Origin: a virus
Lineage: Duplodnaviria; Heunggongvirae; Uroviricota; Caudoviricetes
IMG/VR virus record: IMGVR_UViG_3300008111_001118
DNA: 64,000 nucleotides
Direction: 5' to 3' (one strand)
Shown piece after piece: positions 9,593-19,690 of this stretch (the first letter of the stretch is position 1; the number at the start of each line of letters is the position of its first letter). The notes below the pieces were generated by a model, which had not been told where the DNA came from, did no database searches, and saw only the letters and a list, made by a program, of their open reading frames with translations. The position numbers and the translations under genes were made by a program.

Positions 9593-10049
9593 TCATGCCT
9601 TCTGCACCATCGGCGTCAGGATCTCTTTCGCCAGCACTTACAACTGTAATGCTATCAAACTGAAATGGTACTTTTCCGCTCTTGTCTGGTTTTCCATTGT
9701 AGGTGTCGAACAGTTTCTGAAAACCATCTACTCTGTCGCTGCCTGCAACAAACACAACATCAGTGTAACCTAAACTTTGAATATATTCTAGTGCAACAAC
9801 AGGTGTGTTAATGCCCTCACGACCGATTTCTATACCAGGAAAGAATGCCTTAGCAAACTTTAATTTTGTACCAAAGTCAAGTGGATCTTTTTTTTTATCT
9901 TGACTGTGACTTAAAAAAAGAAAATGATCGCCGGGTATGCTTTTGATTTTATCAACTAATTTAGCATGACCGATAGTTGGAGGATTCATTCTGCCAAATG
10001 CGAGAACTGCAACTTTACTACTTTGTTCAAACAGTTCTCTCAGTAGCAT
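9471..10049 (-). CDS. nucleotidyltransferase, cytidylyltransferase-like (HxGH family; NMN/NaMN adenylyltransferase-like)
   Basis: AVLAFGRMNPPTIGH matches the GxFxPxHxGH signature of the (H/T)IGH nucleotidyltransferase superfamily. Confidence 0.45.
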   Translation of the reverse strand: MLLRELFEQSSKVAVLAFGRMNPPTIGHAKLVDKIKSIPGDHFLFLSHSQDKKKDPLDFGTKLKFAKAFFPGIEIGREGINTPVVALEYIQSLGYTDVVFVAGSDRVDGFQKLFDTYNGKPDKSGKVPFQFDSITVVSAGERDPDADGAEGMSASKMRAAAATGDFDSFTQGVPNPKLAQQMYSIVWTFCKR

Positions 10050-10384
10050 TAGTATTCTCCTTTTTTAAAGTTCTCAACTTCTGCTTCTAAAATTCTATTG
10101 ATAATTTCAATTTTATCGTTATCGGCCAACAAGTCTTCCGGACGCTTTTTAATATTAAACTTTTTAACATACTTTTTAACAGCCGCATCAATAATCGGGA
10201 TCATTTCTTTCTTAGAAAACTTACCACCGTTCTTAACTGCTTCTTGTACATTTAACATCATAGGATACATATGTCTTCTATAAAATGCAGGATCGTTACG
10301 CATAAAGACCATAAGGTCTTCGACCAAATCCCACGGAAGATTTTCGTTCATATCCATATTTGAAAAATCTGTTACTTTTACCAT
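10049..10384 (-). CDS. hypothetical protein (111 aa)
   Basis: ORF. Confidence 0.4.
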   Translation of the reverse strand: MVKVTDFSNMDMNENLPWDLVEDLMVFMRNDPAFYRRHMYPMMLNVQEAVKNGGKFSKKEMIPIIDAAVKKYVKKFNIKKRPEDLLADNDKIEIINRILEAEVENFKKGEY

Positions 10385-10941
10385 TTTCTACACGACCAAT
10401 ATCTTGCTTTTGTTCTAGGACCTGGGTTATCACAATTGTGTCTTGCTCTAAAACTACGACGACGAGCAGGATTTGATTTTTTAATTTTCATATTCGGATC
10501 GCCAAAGTTTACCTTTTTAATATTTCCTGTACCTGGGTTCTTAACATAAACCTTGAACTTTTTAACATCGCCACGCATGGGCTTGCCAAGCGGTACTTTA
10601 CGTCCTTGATATTCTGCTTCATCTAGTACATCATCTTCGTTGAACCACATAACACCGTAGGCTTCGTAAAAGTCGTCGCCATCGTATGTTTCTTCTTCAA
10701 CTACGTCACCTTCGGTTGAGATCTCAATATCAAAGTCTTCGAATCCCTGTTCAAACATATAATTTGCTAAACGATTAGCATATTCGTCTGATTCTTCTTC
10801 ACTCAATTGTCGAGGCAACGGTATTTCGTAAACAGTAGTATCCTGACTGCTTTCATAAATTTCGTGACTGGGGAAAATACTTTCATCTAACTTTTTAGAT
10901 GTTTGTTGCTTTTCCATAATTATTCTTACAAAATGTTCCAT
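10378..10941 (-). CDS. hypothetical acidic protein (187 aa) with basic Cys-containing C-terminus
   Basis: ORF. Confidence 0.45.
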   Translation of the reverse strand: MEHFVRIIMEKQQTSKKLDESIFPSHEIYESSQDTTVYEIPLPRQLSEEESDEYANRLANYMFEQGFEDFDIEISTEGDVVEEETYDGDDFYEAYGVMWFNEDDVLDEAEYQGRKVPLGKPMRGDVKKFKVYVKNPGTGNIKKVNFGDPNMKIKKSNPARRRSFRARHNCDNPGPRTKARYWSCRKW

Positions 10942-10948
10942 GTTTACC

Positions 10949-11311
10949 TCAGTGATTTAGTGTGATGCTGTTTATACTACCTTGAGTCCAAGAAGCAGTT
11001 GCTCGTACCCAAACATAATTTCCTATAAAATTCTTAATAGTTGTACTGGTTGTTGACCCAACCGCAGTGTATTCTGTAGTGGGTACTGTAAACCAGTCTG
11101 TTTCTACAGGTGATACTGCTAGTGTTGCTTGCATCTTAACAGTACCTATAAACCCTGCTACTGAATATTGAACAGTATGGTAACCATCTGTTTTACCGTA
11201 ATAGCCGTCGGCCTTGTATTGTTCGCCGGTAACAGACTTGGTACCTGTACCGGAATATGCTTGATTTGATAAAATTGTTTCACTTGTAGACGACATATAA
11301 CTATTTATCAA
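10949..11311 (-). CDS. hypothetical Ser/Thr-rich beta-type protein (120 aa)
   Basis: ORF. Confidence 0.4.
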   Translation of the reverse strand: MINSYMSSTSETILSNQAYSGTGTKSVTGEQYKADGYYGKTDGYHTVQYSVAGFIGTVKMQATLAVSPVETDWFTVPTTEYTAVGSTTSTTIKNFIGNYVWVRATASWTQGSINSITLNH

Positions 11312-12011
11312 TGTTTGCTTTATAGATTAACTTATCTATTCTGGTGATATTATCACCAACAATCATTTGCACCAGCATTACTACATGTTCATTACGTACA
11401 TACATGTAAGTTCCTTGAATCCAGCGATATTCGTTTTCGTGATGATCTAATGCAACTTTGCCAATTGAAACATTTTTAGAATTTTTCTTAATCCAGTCGG
11501 CTAATATCTTACTGCCCGGTTTCTTTCCAAATGTCAATTTCCAAGGAAACTTTGGTTCTTGATTTACTAAGATAACATTTTGATTGTTGGTTAGAAAGTC
11601 AATTGCTGACTCAGAAGGTTCCCATATTTCGACGTTAACAGAAAGTTTTGATGATACTTTTTTTAATAAGTCGTGGTCGTTTGTGTAAATTATAAGTGTA
11701 CGACTTTCACAACGAATCATATATTCGCCGGCATTTTTTAAACACTTGTATATGTGATAGGCTTCATCAACTTCGTGTGAATGTATAACTGTGGCTTTAG
11801 AAAATCTATTTCTAAGAGTTAAAATTTCATTGGATTTATTACGCTGAACAAATTCTTTTAAACGTTGTTCAGCGTAAGACAATTTACCATTACGTTGTAA
11901 ATCTGTACGGAAAATACTTGTAAGTGTATTTGTAGTTTTTAACTTATACAAATATTTCCCGTAATGCAATCGCTTTGCTTCATGCAGTTTCAGATTGCTC
12001 ATGTGTTTCAA
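11301..12011 (-). CDS. hypothetical protein (236 aa)
   Basis: ORF. Confidence 0.45.
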   Translation of the reverse strand: MKHMSNLKLHEAKRLHYGKYLYKLKTTNTLTSIFRTDLQRNGKLSYAEQRLKEFVQRNKSNEILTLRNRFSKATVIHSHEVDEAYHIYKCLKNAGEYMIRCESRTLIIYTNDHDLLKKVSSKLSVNVEIWEPSESAIDFLTNNQNVILVNQEPKFPWKLTFGKKPGSKILADWIKKNSKNVSIGKVALDHHENEYRWIQGTYMYVRNEHVVMLVQMIVGDNITRIDKLIYKANIDK

Positions 12012-14229
12012 CTACTAATTTAATCTCGTTATCATTGATATCGATATGTACTTCGCCGCCATCTTTTAGGCTTCCAAACAACATAAGCCTTGAAAGAGGA
12101 CGTTTAATATCTTTGTCAATCACACGTTGTAGCGGTCTTGCACCCATTTTAGGATCAAAGCCTTTGTCAACCAAGTAATCCAGTGCTTCGTCACTAACCG
12201 TAATTTTAACATTCTTGTCTTTGACTTGATCCATGAGTTCTTTCAAGAACTTTCCTACAATTTTCATCATAACAGGCTTGCTAAGTTTTGAGAATGTAAT
12301 TACACCATCGAGACGATTTCTAAATTCCGGACTGAAGTACTTCTTTAGTTCGCCGTCTTCGTAATCTCTGTCAAGACTTTGACTAAAACCAATAGTATTT
12401 TTCTCTGCTTCTTTAGCACCAAGGTTAGTGGTTAGGATAAGAACGCAGTTACGAGCATCTGCTTCTTTGCCGTTGGACCCTGTGATTTTACCATTGTCCA
12501 TCAACTGTAGAAGCACTGCACTAACATCAGGATGTGCTTTTTCAATTTCGTCTAGCAACAGTACACAGTTAGGATTCTCTTGTAGTTTGATGATGAGTTG
12601 TCCTGCATCATCTTCAAATCCAACGTAGCCCGGAGGTGCACCGATAAACTTTGCAATACTGTGCTTTTCTTGGTATTCACTCATATCAAAACGAATTAGT
12701 TTAACACCAAGGTGATGTGCAAGTTGTTTTGCTGTTTCAGTTTTACCAGTACCTGTTGGCCCCATAAACACAAACGAACCGATTGGTTTGTTTTCAGGTT
12801 TAAGTCCTGCTTGAGCAACAAGAATTTTGTCAACAATACTTTCAATTGCACTGTCTTGACCATAAACACTTGATTTTAGATTTGTTTCTAGATTGACAAG
12901 ATTTTCTGTTTCGCGTTCGGCAATTTGATCTTCGGGAATCTTTACAAGTTTAGCAAGTTCGTACTGAATATTTTCAGCAGTTACAACCTTGTTGTCAACT
13001 TGATCCAGCACTTTGAATCTGCTACATGCAACGTCAATGAGATCGATTGCTTTATCAGGAAGTTTTTTATCTGCTTGATACTTGACTGAAAGTTTAACAG
13101 CGGCTTCGATTGCATCATCAGTGATTACTACACTATGATAATCCTCATAGTACTTGCGAATACCATCAAGAATTTTAACAGACATTTCTGGTGTAGGTTC
13201 ATCAACATTTACACGCTGGAAACGACGCATAAGTGCGCGATCTTTTTCAAAATACTTGCGATACTCTTCCCAAGTAGTGCTTGCAACAACCTTAACGTTG
13301 CCTTTTGATAGGGCAGGTTTGAGCATGTTTGCAAGATCGTTAGCACTGTTTCCACTGCCAGCGCCTGCACCACTGATCATGTGTGCTTCATCAATAAACA
13401 TAATGGTCTTGCCCTTTGTTTGTAGGGCTTGAAGAACAAGTTTAAAGCGTTCTTCAAAGTCGCCGCGGTACTTACTGCCGGCAAGCATACTACCAATGTC
13501 CAGTGCATAAACATTATAGTCTTGTAAAAACTTTGGTACTTGTTTGTTAACAATTTTCCAAGCAAGACCTTCTGCAATTGCAGTTTTACCTACACCAGGA
13601 TCGCCAACCATTAGTACGTTTGACTTGGTTCTACGTCCAAGTGCAAGAGCAACTTGTTCTACTTCTTCTTCACGTCCAATAACAGGATCAATCTTGTTTT
13701 TCTTTACTTCGCTGTTCAAGTCTGTGGTAAAGGAACGAAGTGCCTTGTTAGCAACGCCTTGATTTTCCTGTTGTTCTTCTTCGTCAACCATGCTATCAAA
13801 TTCAGTACTCATGTAAGTAACAAATTTGTCTTTTGAGATACCGGCTTGTTGTGTTACAAAGTATGCATACGAACGTTTTTCGTTTAGAATACTAACAAAT
13901 ACGTCACCAACGTCAATGTTATTACGTCCATTAAACAATACCTGTGTAAATGCTCTATTCAATACACGTTCAACAGTTTGTGTCTTTTTAGGCTTGTACC
14001 TTGTGCCTTCGATCTTAATCTCATCTAGTTTTGTCTTGAGATAGTTTTCAAGATTCTTTTTCATTAGTTCAGGGTCGGCACCAAACCCAATAATAACTTT
14101 TTCAAAGTGTTCTTCACACAGTATTGCATACAAAAGATGCTCAAGTGTAATGTACTCATGCTGTAGTTTTTTAGCATCGTTCATTGCTTTGTCAAAAACA
14201 ACTTGTAGTACTTGGCTAGGTTCAACCAT
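11980..14229 (-). CDS. clpA: ClpA-like AAA+ unfoldase (Clp N-domain plus two AAA modules)
   Basis: Clp_N-like EYITLEHLLYAIL; Walker A GDPGVGKT (D1) and GPTGTGKT (D2); the segment KNTIGFSQSL...FSPEFRNRLDGVITF aligns with the E. coli ClpA ClpP-docking IGL/IGF loop region. Confidence 0.85.
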   Translation of the reverse strand: MVEPSQVLQVVFDKAMNDAKKLQHEYITLEHLLYAILCEEHFEKVIIGFGADPELMKKNLENYLKTKLDEIKIEGTRYKPKKTQTVERVLNRAFTQVLFNGRNNIDVGDVFVSILNEKRSYAYFVTQQAGISKDKFVTYMSTEFDSMVDEEEQQENQGVANKALRSFTTDLNSEVKKNKIDPVIGREEEVEQVALALGRRTKSNVLMVGDPGVGKTAIAEGLAWKIVNKQVPKFLQDYNVYALDIGSMLAGSKYRGDFEERFKLVLQALQTKGKTIMFIDEAHMISGAGAGSGNSANDLANMLKPALSKGNVKVVASTTWEEYRKYFEKDRALMRRFQRVNVDEPTPEMSVKILDGIRKYYEDYHSVVITDDAIEAAVKLSVKYQADKKLPDKAIDLIDVACSRFKVLDQVDNKVVTAENIQYELAKLVKIPEDQIAERETENLVNLETNLKSSVYGQDSAIESIVDKILVAQAGLKPENKPIGSFVFMGPTGTGKTETAKQLAHHLGVKLIRFDMSEYQEKHSIAKFIGAPPGYVGFEDDAGQLIIKLQENPNCVLLLDEIEKAHPDVSAVLLQLMDNGKITGSNGKEADARNCVLILTTNLGAKEAEKNTIGFSQSLDRDYEDGELKKYFSPEFRNRLDGVITFSKLSKPVMMKIVGKFLKELMDQVKDKNVKITVSDEALDYLVDKGFDPKMGARPLQRVIDKDIKRPLSRLMLFGSLKDGGEVHIDINDNEIKLVVETHEQSETA

Positions 14230-14740
14230 TTTTAATCCTTTTGATTCTGCGCTTTTCGGCCATTTTATATTTTAGTTTACTAACTCTGTCGATGTACTGA
14301 ATACCATGTAAATGATCGTATTCATGTAAGAATATACGTGCATCTATATCATCAAACTTTGTTTCTACATGTATAACATTTTTAAAGTCACTTGTCAAGG
14401 TATCAAATTCAACAATGCAACTAATTGGACGTTTTACTTTTAAAAACAGCCCAGGATGACTTAAACAGCCTTCGGGTCCTTCTTCAGTTTCTTTGCTTAA
14501 TCCTTTAATAACAGGATTCATCACAACAGTTATCTCACCGTATTGTCTATTTAACACAGGTTTCATAACAAAAATCTGATACGGTACTCCTACTTGATTA
14601 GCACTTAACCCTAGACCGCCTTCTTTAACCACAAGGTCGATCATATCTAATGCAATCGGTGCAGGATGCAGTTGATTAAACGGCCAAGTTTGCGTTGGCG
14701 TTTCTAGCATAACATTAGGTGCTAGTATTAATTGCATCAT
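14222..14740 (-). CDS. def: peptide deformylase
   Basis: [18 protein letters not shown] and HEYDHLHG motifs. Confidence 0.85.
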   Translation of the reverse strand: MMQLILAPNVMLETPTQTWPFNQLHPAPIALDMIDLVVKEGGLGLSANQVGVPYQIFVMKPVLNRQYGEITVVMNPVIKGLSKETEEGPEGCLSHPGLFLKVKRPISCIVEFDTLTSDFKNVIHVETKFDDIDARIFLHEYDHLHGIQYIDRVSKLKYKMAEKRRIKRIKNG

Positions 14741-15521
14741 TTATAACTTTTATCCTTTCGATTATGATATCGTCTGATATCTTTGGAACAAAACCTTTTA
14801 CTGTTAGATAAAGATGGCCAGTTATTCCTTTAGCAGGGTCTATTAAACCGTATCCTGCAATAGAAAAAACAGTTCCAGGTTGAGTTCCTTTAGGTATTTT
14901 AACATTTATTTCGTTGCCAGTCAATGACTTAATAACAACGCTTGTTCCTAAAATAAGATCAAAAACACTAACTTCTTTTGTGCATTTTAGATTCTTACCA
15001 TCTCTTTCAAACACTGAATGTTTCTTTACTCTAACAAGAACAATTAAATCACCTCTAGGTATTGAAGCGATACTGTTGTCGCCTAGACCTTTAAAACGTA
15101 TGGCTTCGCCGTCTTGTATACCAGCATGTATTTTAATTGTAGCAATAGTACTTTGTCCATTAAACAAATTGTAATTTGCAATTAAATCTTTGCCAGTAAC
15201 TACTTCTTCTAAGTCTAGCGTAATTGCTATTTTAATATCTCGATTTTTTCTAACATTAGGATATCCACGCATAGTTCCAAAGAATGCATTTAATATGTCA
15301 TCCATGTTTGTTGAATTGAAGTTGTATTCCTGTTTAGGTTGATCATACTCTGCACGTTTTGTAGTATCTTTTAACGTTTCGTATGCTTCGTTTATTTCAG
15401 CAAAACGTATGGTATCACCACCCCTGTCAGGATGGTGTTCCATTGCTAATTTTCTATATGCTTTTTTTATTTCATCTTGTGTAGCAGTTTTTGAAACACC
15501 AAGTACTTTATAATAATCCAT
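14715..15521 (-). CDS. J-domain (DnaJ-like) co-chaperone
   Basis: N-terminal DYYKVLGV...HPDRGGD J-domain containing the HPD tripeptide. Confidence 0.7.
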   Translation of the reverse strand: MDYYKVLGVSKTATQDEIKKAYRKLAMEHHPDRGGDTIRFAEINEAYETLKDTTKRAEYDQPKQEYNFNSTNMDDILNAFFGTMRGYPNVRKNRDIKIAITLDLEEVVTGKDLIANYNLFNGQSTIATIKIHAGIQDGEAIRFKGLGDNSIASIPRGDLIVLVRVKKHSVFERDGKNLKCTKEVSVFDLILGTSVVIKSLTGNEINVKIPKGTQPGTVFSIAGYGLIDPAKGITGHLYLTVKGFVPKISDDIIIERIKVINDAINTST

Positions 15522-15555
15522 TGCTTATTATATATCGTCTATACGTATAGCGATA

Positions 15556-16035
15556 TTAGTTAAATGGATTTAATCTTTGCAATGCTGTTTCTTGTTGTTG
15601 TGTAGCGTTTGTTGCCTGTTCTGTTGCTGCCGCAATTTCTGCATTTGCAGCCTCTAAAGCACTATTACTATCTTTGTAATAGCCTTCGTATGCAATTATA
15701 ATTGCCTGTTGCTGTTGAATAAATGCTCTTAAATCACTAAGGTTAAGGGCAAGTGCTTCATAGCCCTCATCAGTTAGTGCAAAGAACACAACAGGTTTTC
15801 CTTTTGCTTTTAATTTTTCAATTTGTGCTTGAAAGTTTTCTGGTGTTACTACATACCACTCAACATTTCTAGTTTGTACTCTATCAACTCCGGGCAAAAC
15901 CAGTTCTGGTTTTTCAACTGGTTTTGCCGATATTTGTATAGGTTGTGGTTTTGGAGCACCACAGGCACTAACGACGAATAAGATCGTCGTAAAGCCAAGG
16001 ACATTCACTATTGAACGAACGTGCATCTTTTGCAT
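15556..16035 (-). CDS. outer-membrane lipoprotein, o-spanin-like
   Basis: Signal peptide with lipobox (LFVVSAC|G), Pro-rich linker; overlaps the 3' end of the upstream i-spanin-like gene. Confidence 0.5.
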   Translation of the reverse strand: MQKMHVRSIVNVLGFTTILFVVSACGAPKPQPIQISAKPVEKPELVLPGVDRVQTRNVEWYVVTPENFQAQIEKLKAKGKPVVFFALTDEGYEALALNLSDLRAFIQQQQAIIIAYEGYYKDSNSALEAANAEIAAATEQATNATQQQETALQRLNPFN

Positions 16036-16534
16036 TCCTTTCTTCTTCTGTTAATTCTGCCCCACTTAGTAGTTCGAAACATCTTCCTACTTTATTGCTT
16101 GCCCCGTTAATAATGCGTTCGACCAATGCAGGTTTTTCGTTGCCCAATACACCCAAGTCATGTTTAGCCAATCTGTTTGACAGTTCTCTATTTTGTTCTC
16201 GAATGGCTTGAAACTCTCGGTTGATACGAGTTATTTCTGCATTAGCCTTAGCAAAATCTTGTTGTAGTACATTTATAGTTTCTTCATTGGTTTGTACTGC
16301 TATTTCTAACTTAGCATTATTTTCAGTTAACGTAGCAATTCTAGACTGACTGTCTTTGTAATACCAAGCAAAAGCCCCTGCCATTGCTAGCATCAAGACT
16401 CCCATCATTGCCATACCTTTTAATCCTAACATAGACGGTACTCCAATTTTAAAACCACTGGTTAGCCTAGTAACTTTGACAATGTCTTTGGCCCGGCCAC
16501 TCCATCGGCTGTTAAGCCATTCTTTGTCTGCCAT
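15968..16534 (-). CDS. i-spanin-like protein (TM segment plus coiled coil)
   Basis: Hydrophobic segment MAMMGVLMLAMAGAFAWYY followed by a long heptad/coiled-coil region; position between endolysin and lipoprotein. Confidence 0.5.
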   Translation of the reverse strand: MADKEWLNSRWSGRAKDIVKVTRLTSGFKIGVPSMLGLKGMAMMGVLMLAMAGAFAWYYKDSQSRIATLTENNAKLEIAVQTNEETINVLQQDFAKANAEITRINREFQAIREQNRELSNRLAKHDLGVLGNEKPALVERIINGASNKVGRCFELLSGAELTEEERNAKDARSFNSECPWLYDDLIRR

Positions 16535-17397
16535 GCTTTTAATGCTGACTCTGTTCCAGGGCCAAATGAGCCGTCTGCTGTAACTCCAAGTGCTTTTTGC
16601 AATTTTGCTACTGAAGGGCCGCTTGATCCTTTTTTCAATGTTTCTGTAACGCTGGCTGATGCACCACCAGTACCACTTGATACGGAACTGGCTGATGGTG
16701 TAAAATTTCCACCAAGTACTTTCAATGCTTCTTCAAAACGTTCTTTACGATCAGCAAGGCCGATGTCACCACCGTTGATGATTTTTGTCATCTTAACAAT
16801 GTCTTTGGTGTCAGCAACTGCATTTAGTTTCTTTGCGTTCCAGAACCAGCAAGCACTCTCGATAGCACCTTTTTCAGTTGCAACATAATCAGCAGCCTGT
16901 TCTGCTGTCATGTTAACACTTTTACCAAAGTTGGTATAGTTCTCACGGCCAGTAAGTTGCTTTAGACCACGACCACGGAATCTCCATCCGTCGCCTTCTT
17001 TTACGTTGCCCATCTTGGAAGTTCTGAACTCGTCCATGTAAACATAGTTAGCAATCATCTCTGGGTTTTTAGCATACTCTTTTGCGTTACGCTTGCCTGG
17101 ACCAAAATAGCGAGGGAATATTTTTAACAGAGTTTCTTCTCTATAATTCAAATTCTCTTCGAGCATCTTGAAGTTACCTGACTCGTGAGCACACTGAGCC
17201 ATAAATCCTGCAACACGCTCGATTGTGTTAATTTCGTACTTAGGAAATATCTCTATCATTGCGGCATGCCACTTTTCGGCATCCGGATTTCCTTTTAAAA
17301 TTTGTTTTACTTGTTCAACTGTAAATTTGAACTTTAAGTCTTCTGCGCCCATAGTAAATTCCTTTCTTGACACTCGCGACATTGGCAGTTGTCGCAC
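16462..17397 (-). CDS. endolysin: glycoside hydrolase family 19-like catalytic domain plus C-terminal peptidoglycan-binding domain
   Basis: FMAQCAHESGNF...E catalytic region typical of GH19 lysozymes; C-terminal LQKALGVTADGSFGPGTESALKAWQ...GLTADGVAGPKT PG_binding_1 repeat. Confidence 0.7.
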   Translation of the reverse strand: MRQLPMSRVSRKEFTMGAEDLKFKFTVEQVKQILKGNPDAEKWHAAMIEIFPKYEINTIERVAGFMAQCAHESGNFKMLEENLNYREETLLKIFPRYFGPGKRNAKEYAKNPEMIANYVYMDEFRTSKMGNVKEGDGWRFRGRGLKQLTGRENYTNFGKSVNMTAEQAADYVATEKGAIESACWFWNAKKLNAVADTKDIVKMTKIINGGDIGLADRKERFEEALKVLGGNFTPSASSVSSGTGGASASVTETLKKGSSGPSVAKLQKALGVTADGSFGPGTESALKAWQTKNGLTADGVAGPKTLSKLLG

Positions 17398-17512
17398 ACT
17401 TTCATTTGACCAAATAGTCTTAGACTATCGCTGTCTCTATAATCTTCCCACAAACTAATGCCACAATGTGCAGATCTTCCGCAATTATTGCAACGCTTAT
17501 CGATAGATTCCA

Positions 17513-18232
17513 TTAAATTCTTTCTAAAACTAATGTATGTCCAGCATTTTCGAAGGTTAGTATAGTATTACCATATTTTGTAACATTGTAATCGCCTACG
17601 TATTTTGTAAGAAAAAGTATCTCTGCATAATCGTTAATATTTATTTTTTCTTTAATACTTTCGTTAACTTGCACGGTATTTCCGAAATCCTTAACTTTAA
17701 ATCCAATAGGATCTGCAAACACTTTTTTAATAATTAATTCTTCATCTTCGGTTAACTCGATAGAATCCAAGTAACTTTTGTTAAAGAAATTTTTAAAGTT
17801 GTTCATATTAGATTCTGTAACTGTTTGATTGTACGAATCTGTATCCAGTGGTATTTCTGCTGCTAGGTTTTCAACAGTCAACGGCTGACTGCGAAATCCT
17901 CTGTAGTATCTAAATTTCCAATTTTTCTTAGCAGTTAGTTTTGTAATACCATCCATTAGTTCCATGATTTGTTCTGGAACACTGTTGTCTCTTTCGATTT
18001 CAACAAACACACGATACATACCGTCTTCTAGTTCACCTGGCGAAACATCTGCATCCAGTACAAAACTATAACCTTTTTCGATAAAGTCAGATAAATCTCT
18101 AGCAGGTTGTTCTTCGTTTACAGTGAAACTTACAACAACGATATCTTCGTCGCTGCCCATTTTACTTTTATAAGAATCGATTTCAATGATTCTGTAGACT
18201 AAATCTACCAAATCGCCTTCTTTAAGTCCCAT
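17513..18232 (-). CDS. hypothetical protein (239 aa)
   Basis: ORF. Confidence 0.45.
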   Translation of the reverse strand: MGLKEGDLVDLVYRIIEIDSYKSKMGSDEDIVVVSFTVNEEQPARDLSDFIEKGYSFVLDADVSPGELEDGMYRVFVEIERDNSVPEQIMELMDGITKLTAKKNWKFRYYRGFRSQPLTVENLAAEIPLDTDSYNQTVTESNMNNFKNFFNKSYLDSIELTEDEELIIKKVFADPIGFKVKDFGNTVQVNESIKEKININDYAEILFLTKYVGDYNVTKYGNTILTFENAGHTLVLERI

Positions 18233-18771
18233 TATATTCCAACCTCTCCTGCTGGTGCGATCTGATCTTGTGCTTCTGGCGGAGTATCCTGTGCCATTGC
18301 AGTTTGCTCAGGATTTTCTTGCGCCATATCCTCAACTTCCGAATCTTCTATCTCTGTATTATACATATCAGACAATAGTTTTTTTGGCATACGTATTTCT
18401 ACAATCCATATTGGATGTCTTTCGAGTTTGCCTTTTTTAGTACCAGGACGAAAATCGTCAGGATCCATTACAGTTCTTGGTTTAATGATGTAAGATTTCT
18501 GATAAAATACTTTGCAGTCGTAATCTAGGAGACGCTTGCCACCCATTGGATCTGGCATTTGATCAGCAGACCAAAAGAATTTTGCACTAACCCAGTGACG
18601 ATCAATAATAGGACCTTCAGCTAACTCGCCATCTTCCCAATTTTTGTAAACATATAGATCGAGTTCGTCTAATACACGCTCAAAGTCTTTTAACACATTG
18701 AAGGCAGTATTGCTTTCGTACATGCTTTCGATGTTTTTAATTACATCTATGGAATCAAGAATGTTTGCCAT
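18232..18771 (-). CDS. hypothetical acidic protein (179 aa)
   Basis: ORF. Confidence 0.45.
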   Translation of the reverse strand: MANILDSIDVIKNIESMYESNTAFNVLKDFERVLDELDLYVYKNWEDGELAEGPIIDRHWVSAKFFWSADQMPDPMGGKRLLDYDCKVFYQKSYIIKPRTVMDPDDFRPGTKKGKLERHPIWIVEIRMPKKLLSDMYNTEIEDSEVEDMAQENPEQTAMAQDTPPEAQDQIAPAGEVGI

Positions 18772-18923
18772 TGTATTTCCTATTCTTTTCTATACTTATT
18801 TAGTCGTTTTGCTGTTCAATATGCGCGGTTTTCTTTATGCCTCAAAGGTTAAATAAGTGTGCAGGGGAGGAAGTTTCCTGCAAAGGAAACTAACCCTGTG
18901 TTCCAAATCCATAGGAGGACTTA

Positions 18924-19658
18924 ATGGGTAAAGCTAGAGCCGCTAAGAGGCAAGCAAACTTTTCAACTAACAACACCAATAATGTTGTTAAATTTAACAA
19001 TTTCCTTCCAAAAAAGAATCGTACAGTAGATATACTTCCACGAAATAAAAGCCAAGAAAACTACGTGTTAACACTGTTGGATCCGGGTAAAGACATAGTC
19101 TTTGGTATTGGTCCAGCGGGAACCGGTAAGACTATGTTAGCCTGCCAGGTGGCCGTAAAGAAGTTTTTAGAAGGTGAAGTAGATCGCATTGTTGTAACTC
19201 GTCCTGCTGTCAGTGCAGACGAGGATCTAGGATTCTTACCAGGTACGCTAGAAGAAAAAATGGCACCGTGGACTAGACCTATCTTCGACGTTTTTAGAGA
19301 GTATTTTTATGCTAACGAAATCGAAGGTATGATTCAGGAAGGTGTTATTGAAATATCACCTCTTGCATACATGCGTGGTAGAACATTTAAAGATGCTTAT
19401 ATCATTGCAGACGAAATGCAAAACGCAACACCAAATCAAATGAAAATGTTACTAACACGAATTGGTAACAATAGTAAGATGGTTGTTACAGGTGATTTGG
19501 CCCAAGCAGACCGACTTAAAGATAATGGACTTATTGACTTTATAGGTCATTTAAAAGACACCGAGACTAGACGTATCGAAGTATGTGAATTTGCCTACAA
19601 AGATATTGAGCGACATCAAGCCGTTAAAGAAGTTCTTAGAGTTTACGGAGACGAATAA
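18924..19658 (+). CDS. phoH: PhoH-like P-loop ATPase
   Basis: GPAGTGKT Walker A and PhoH-type architecture; AGGAGG RBS; plus-strand gene followed by a hairpin terminator. Confidence 0.85.
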   Translation: MGKARAAKRQANFSTNNTNNVVKFNNFLPKKNRTVDILPRNKSQENYVLTLLDPGKDIVFGIGPAGTGKTMLACQVAVKKFLEGEVDRIVVTRPAVSADEDLGFLPGTLEEKMAPWTRPIFDVFREYFYANEIEGMIQEGVIEISPLAYMRGRTFKDAYIIADEMQNATPNQMKMLLTRIGNNSKMVVTGDLAQADRLKDNGLIDFIGHLKDTETRRIEVCEFAYKDIERHQAVKEVLRVYGDE

Positions 19659-19660
19659 TA

Positions 19661-19690
19661 GTAAAGGGCCTTAACGGGCCCTTTACTTTT
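19661..19690. terminator. bidirectional rho-independent terminator between convergent phoH and a minus-strand gene
   Basis: GTAAAGGGCC-ttaacg-GGCCCTTTAC perfect 10-bp stem followed by TTTT. Confidence 0.6.
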
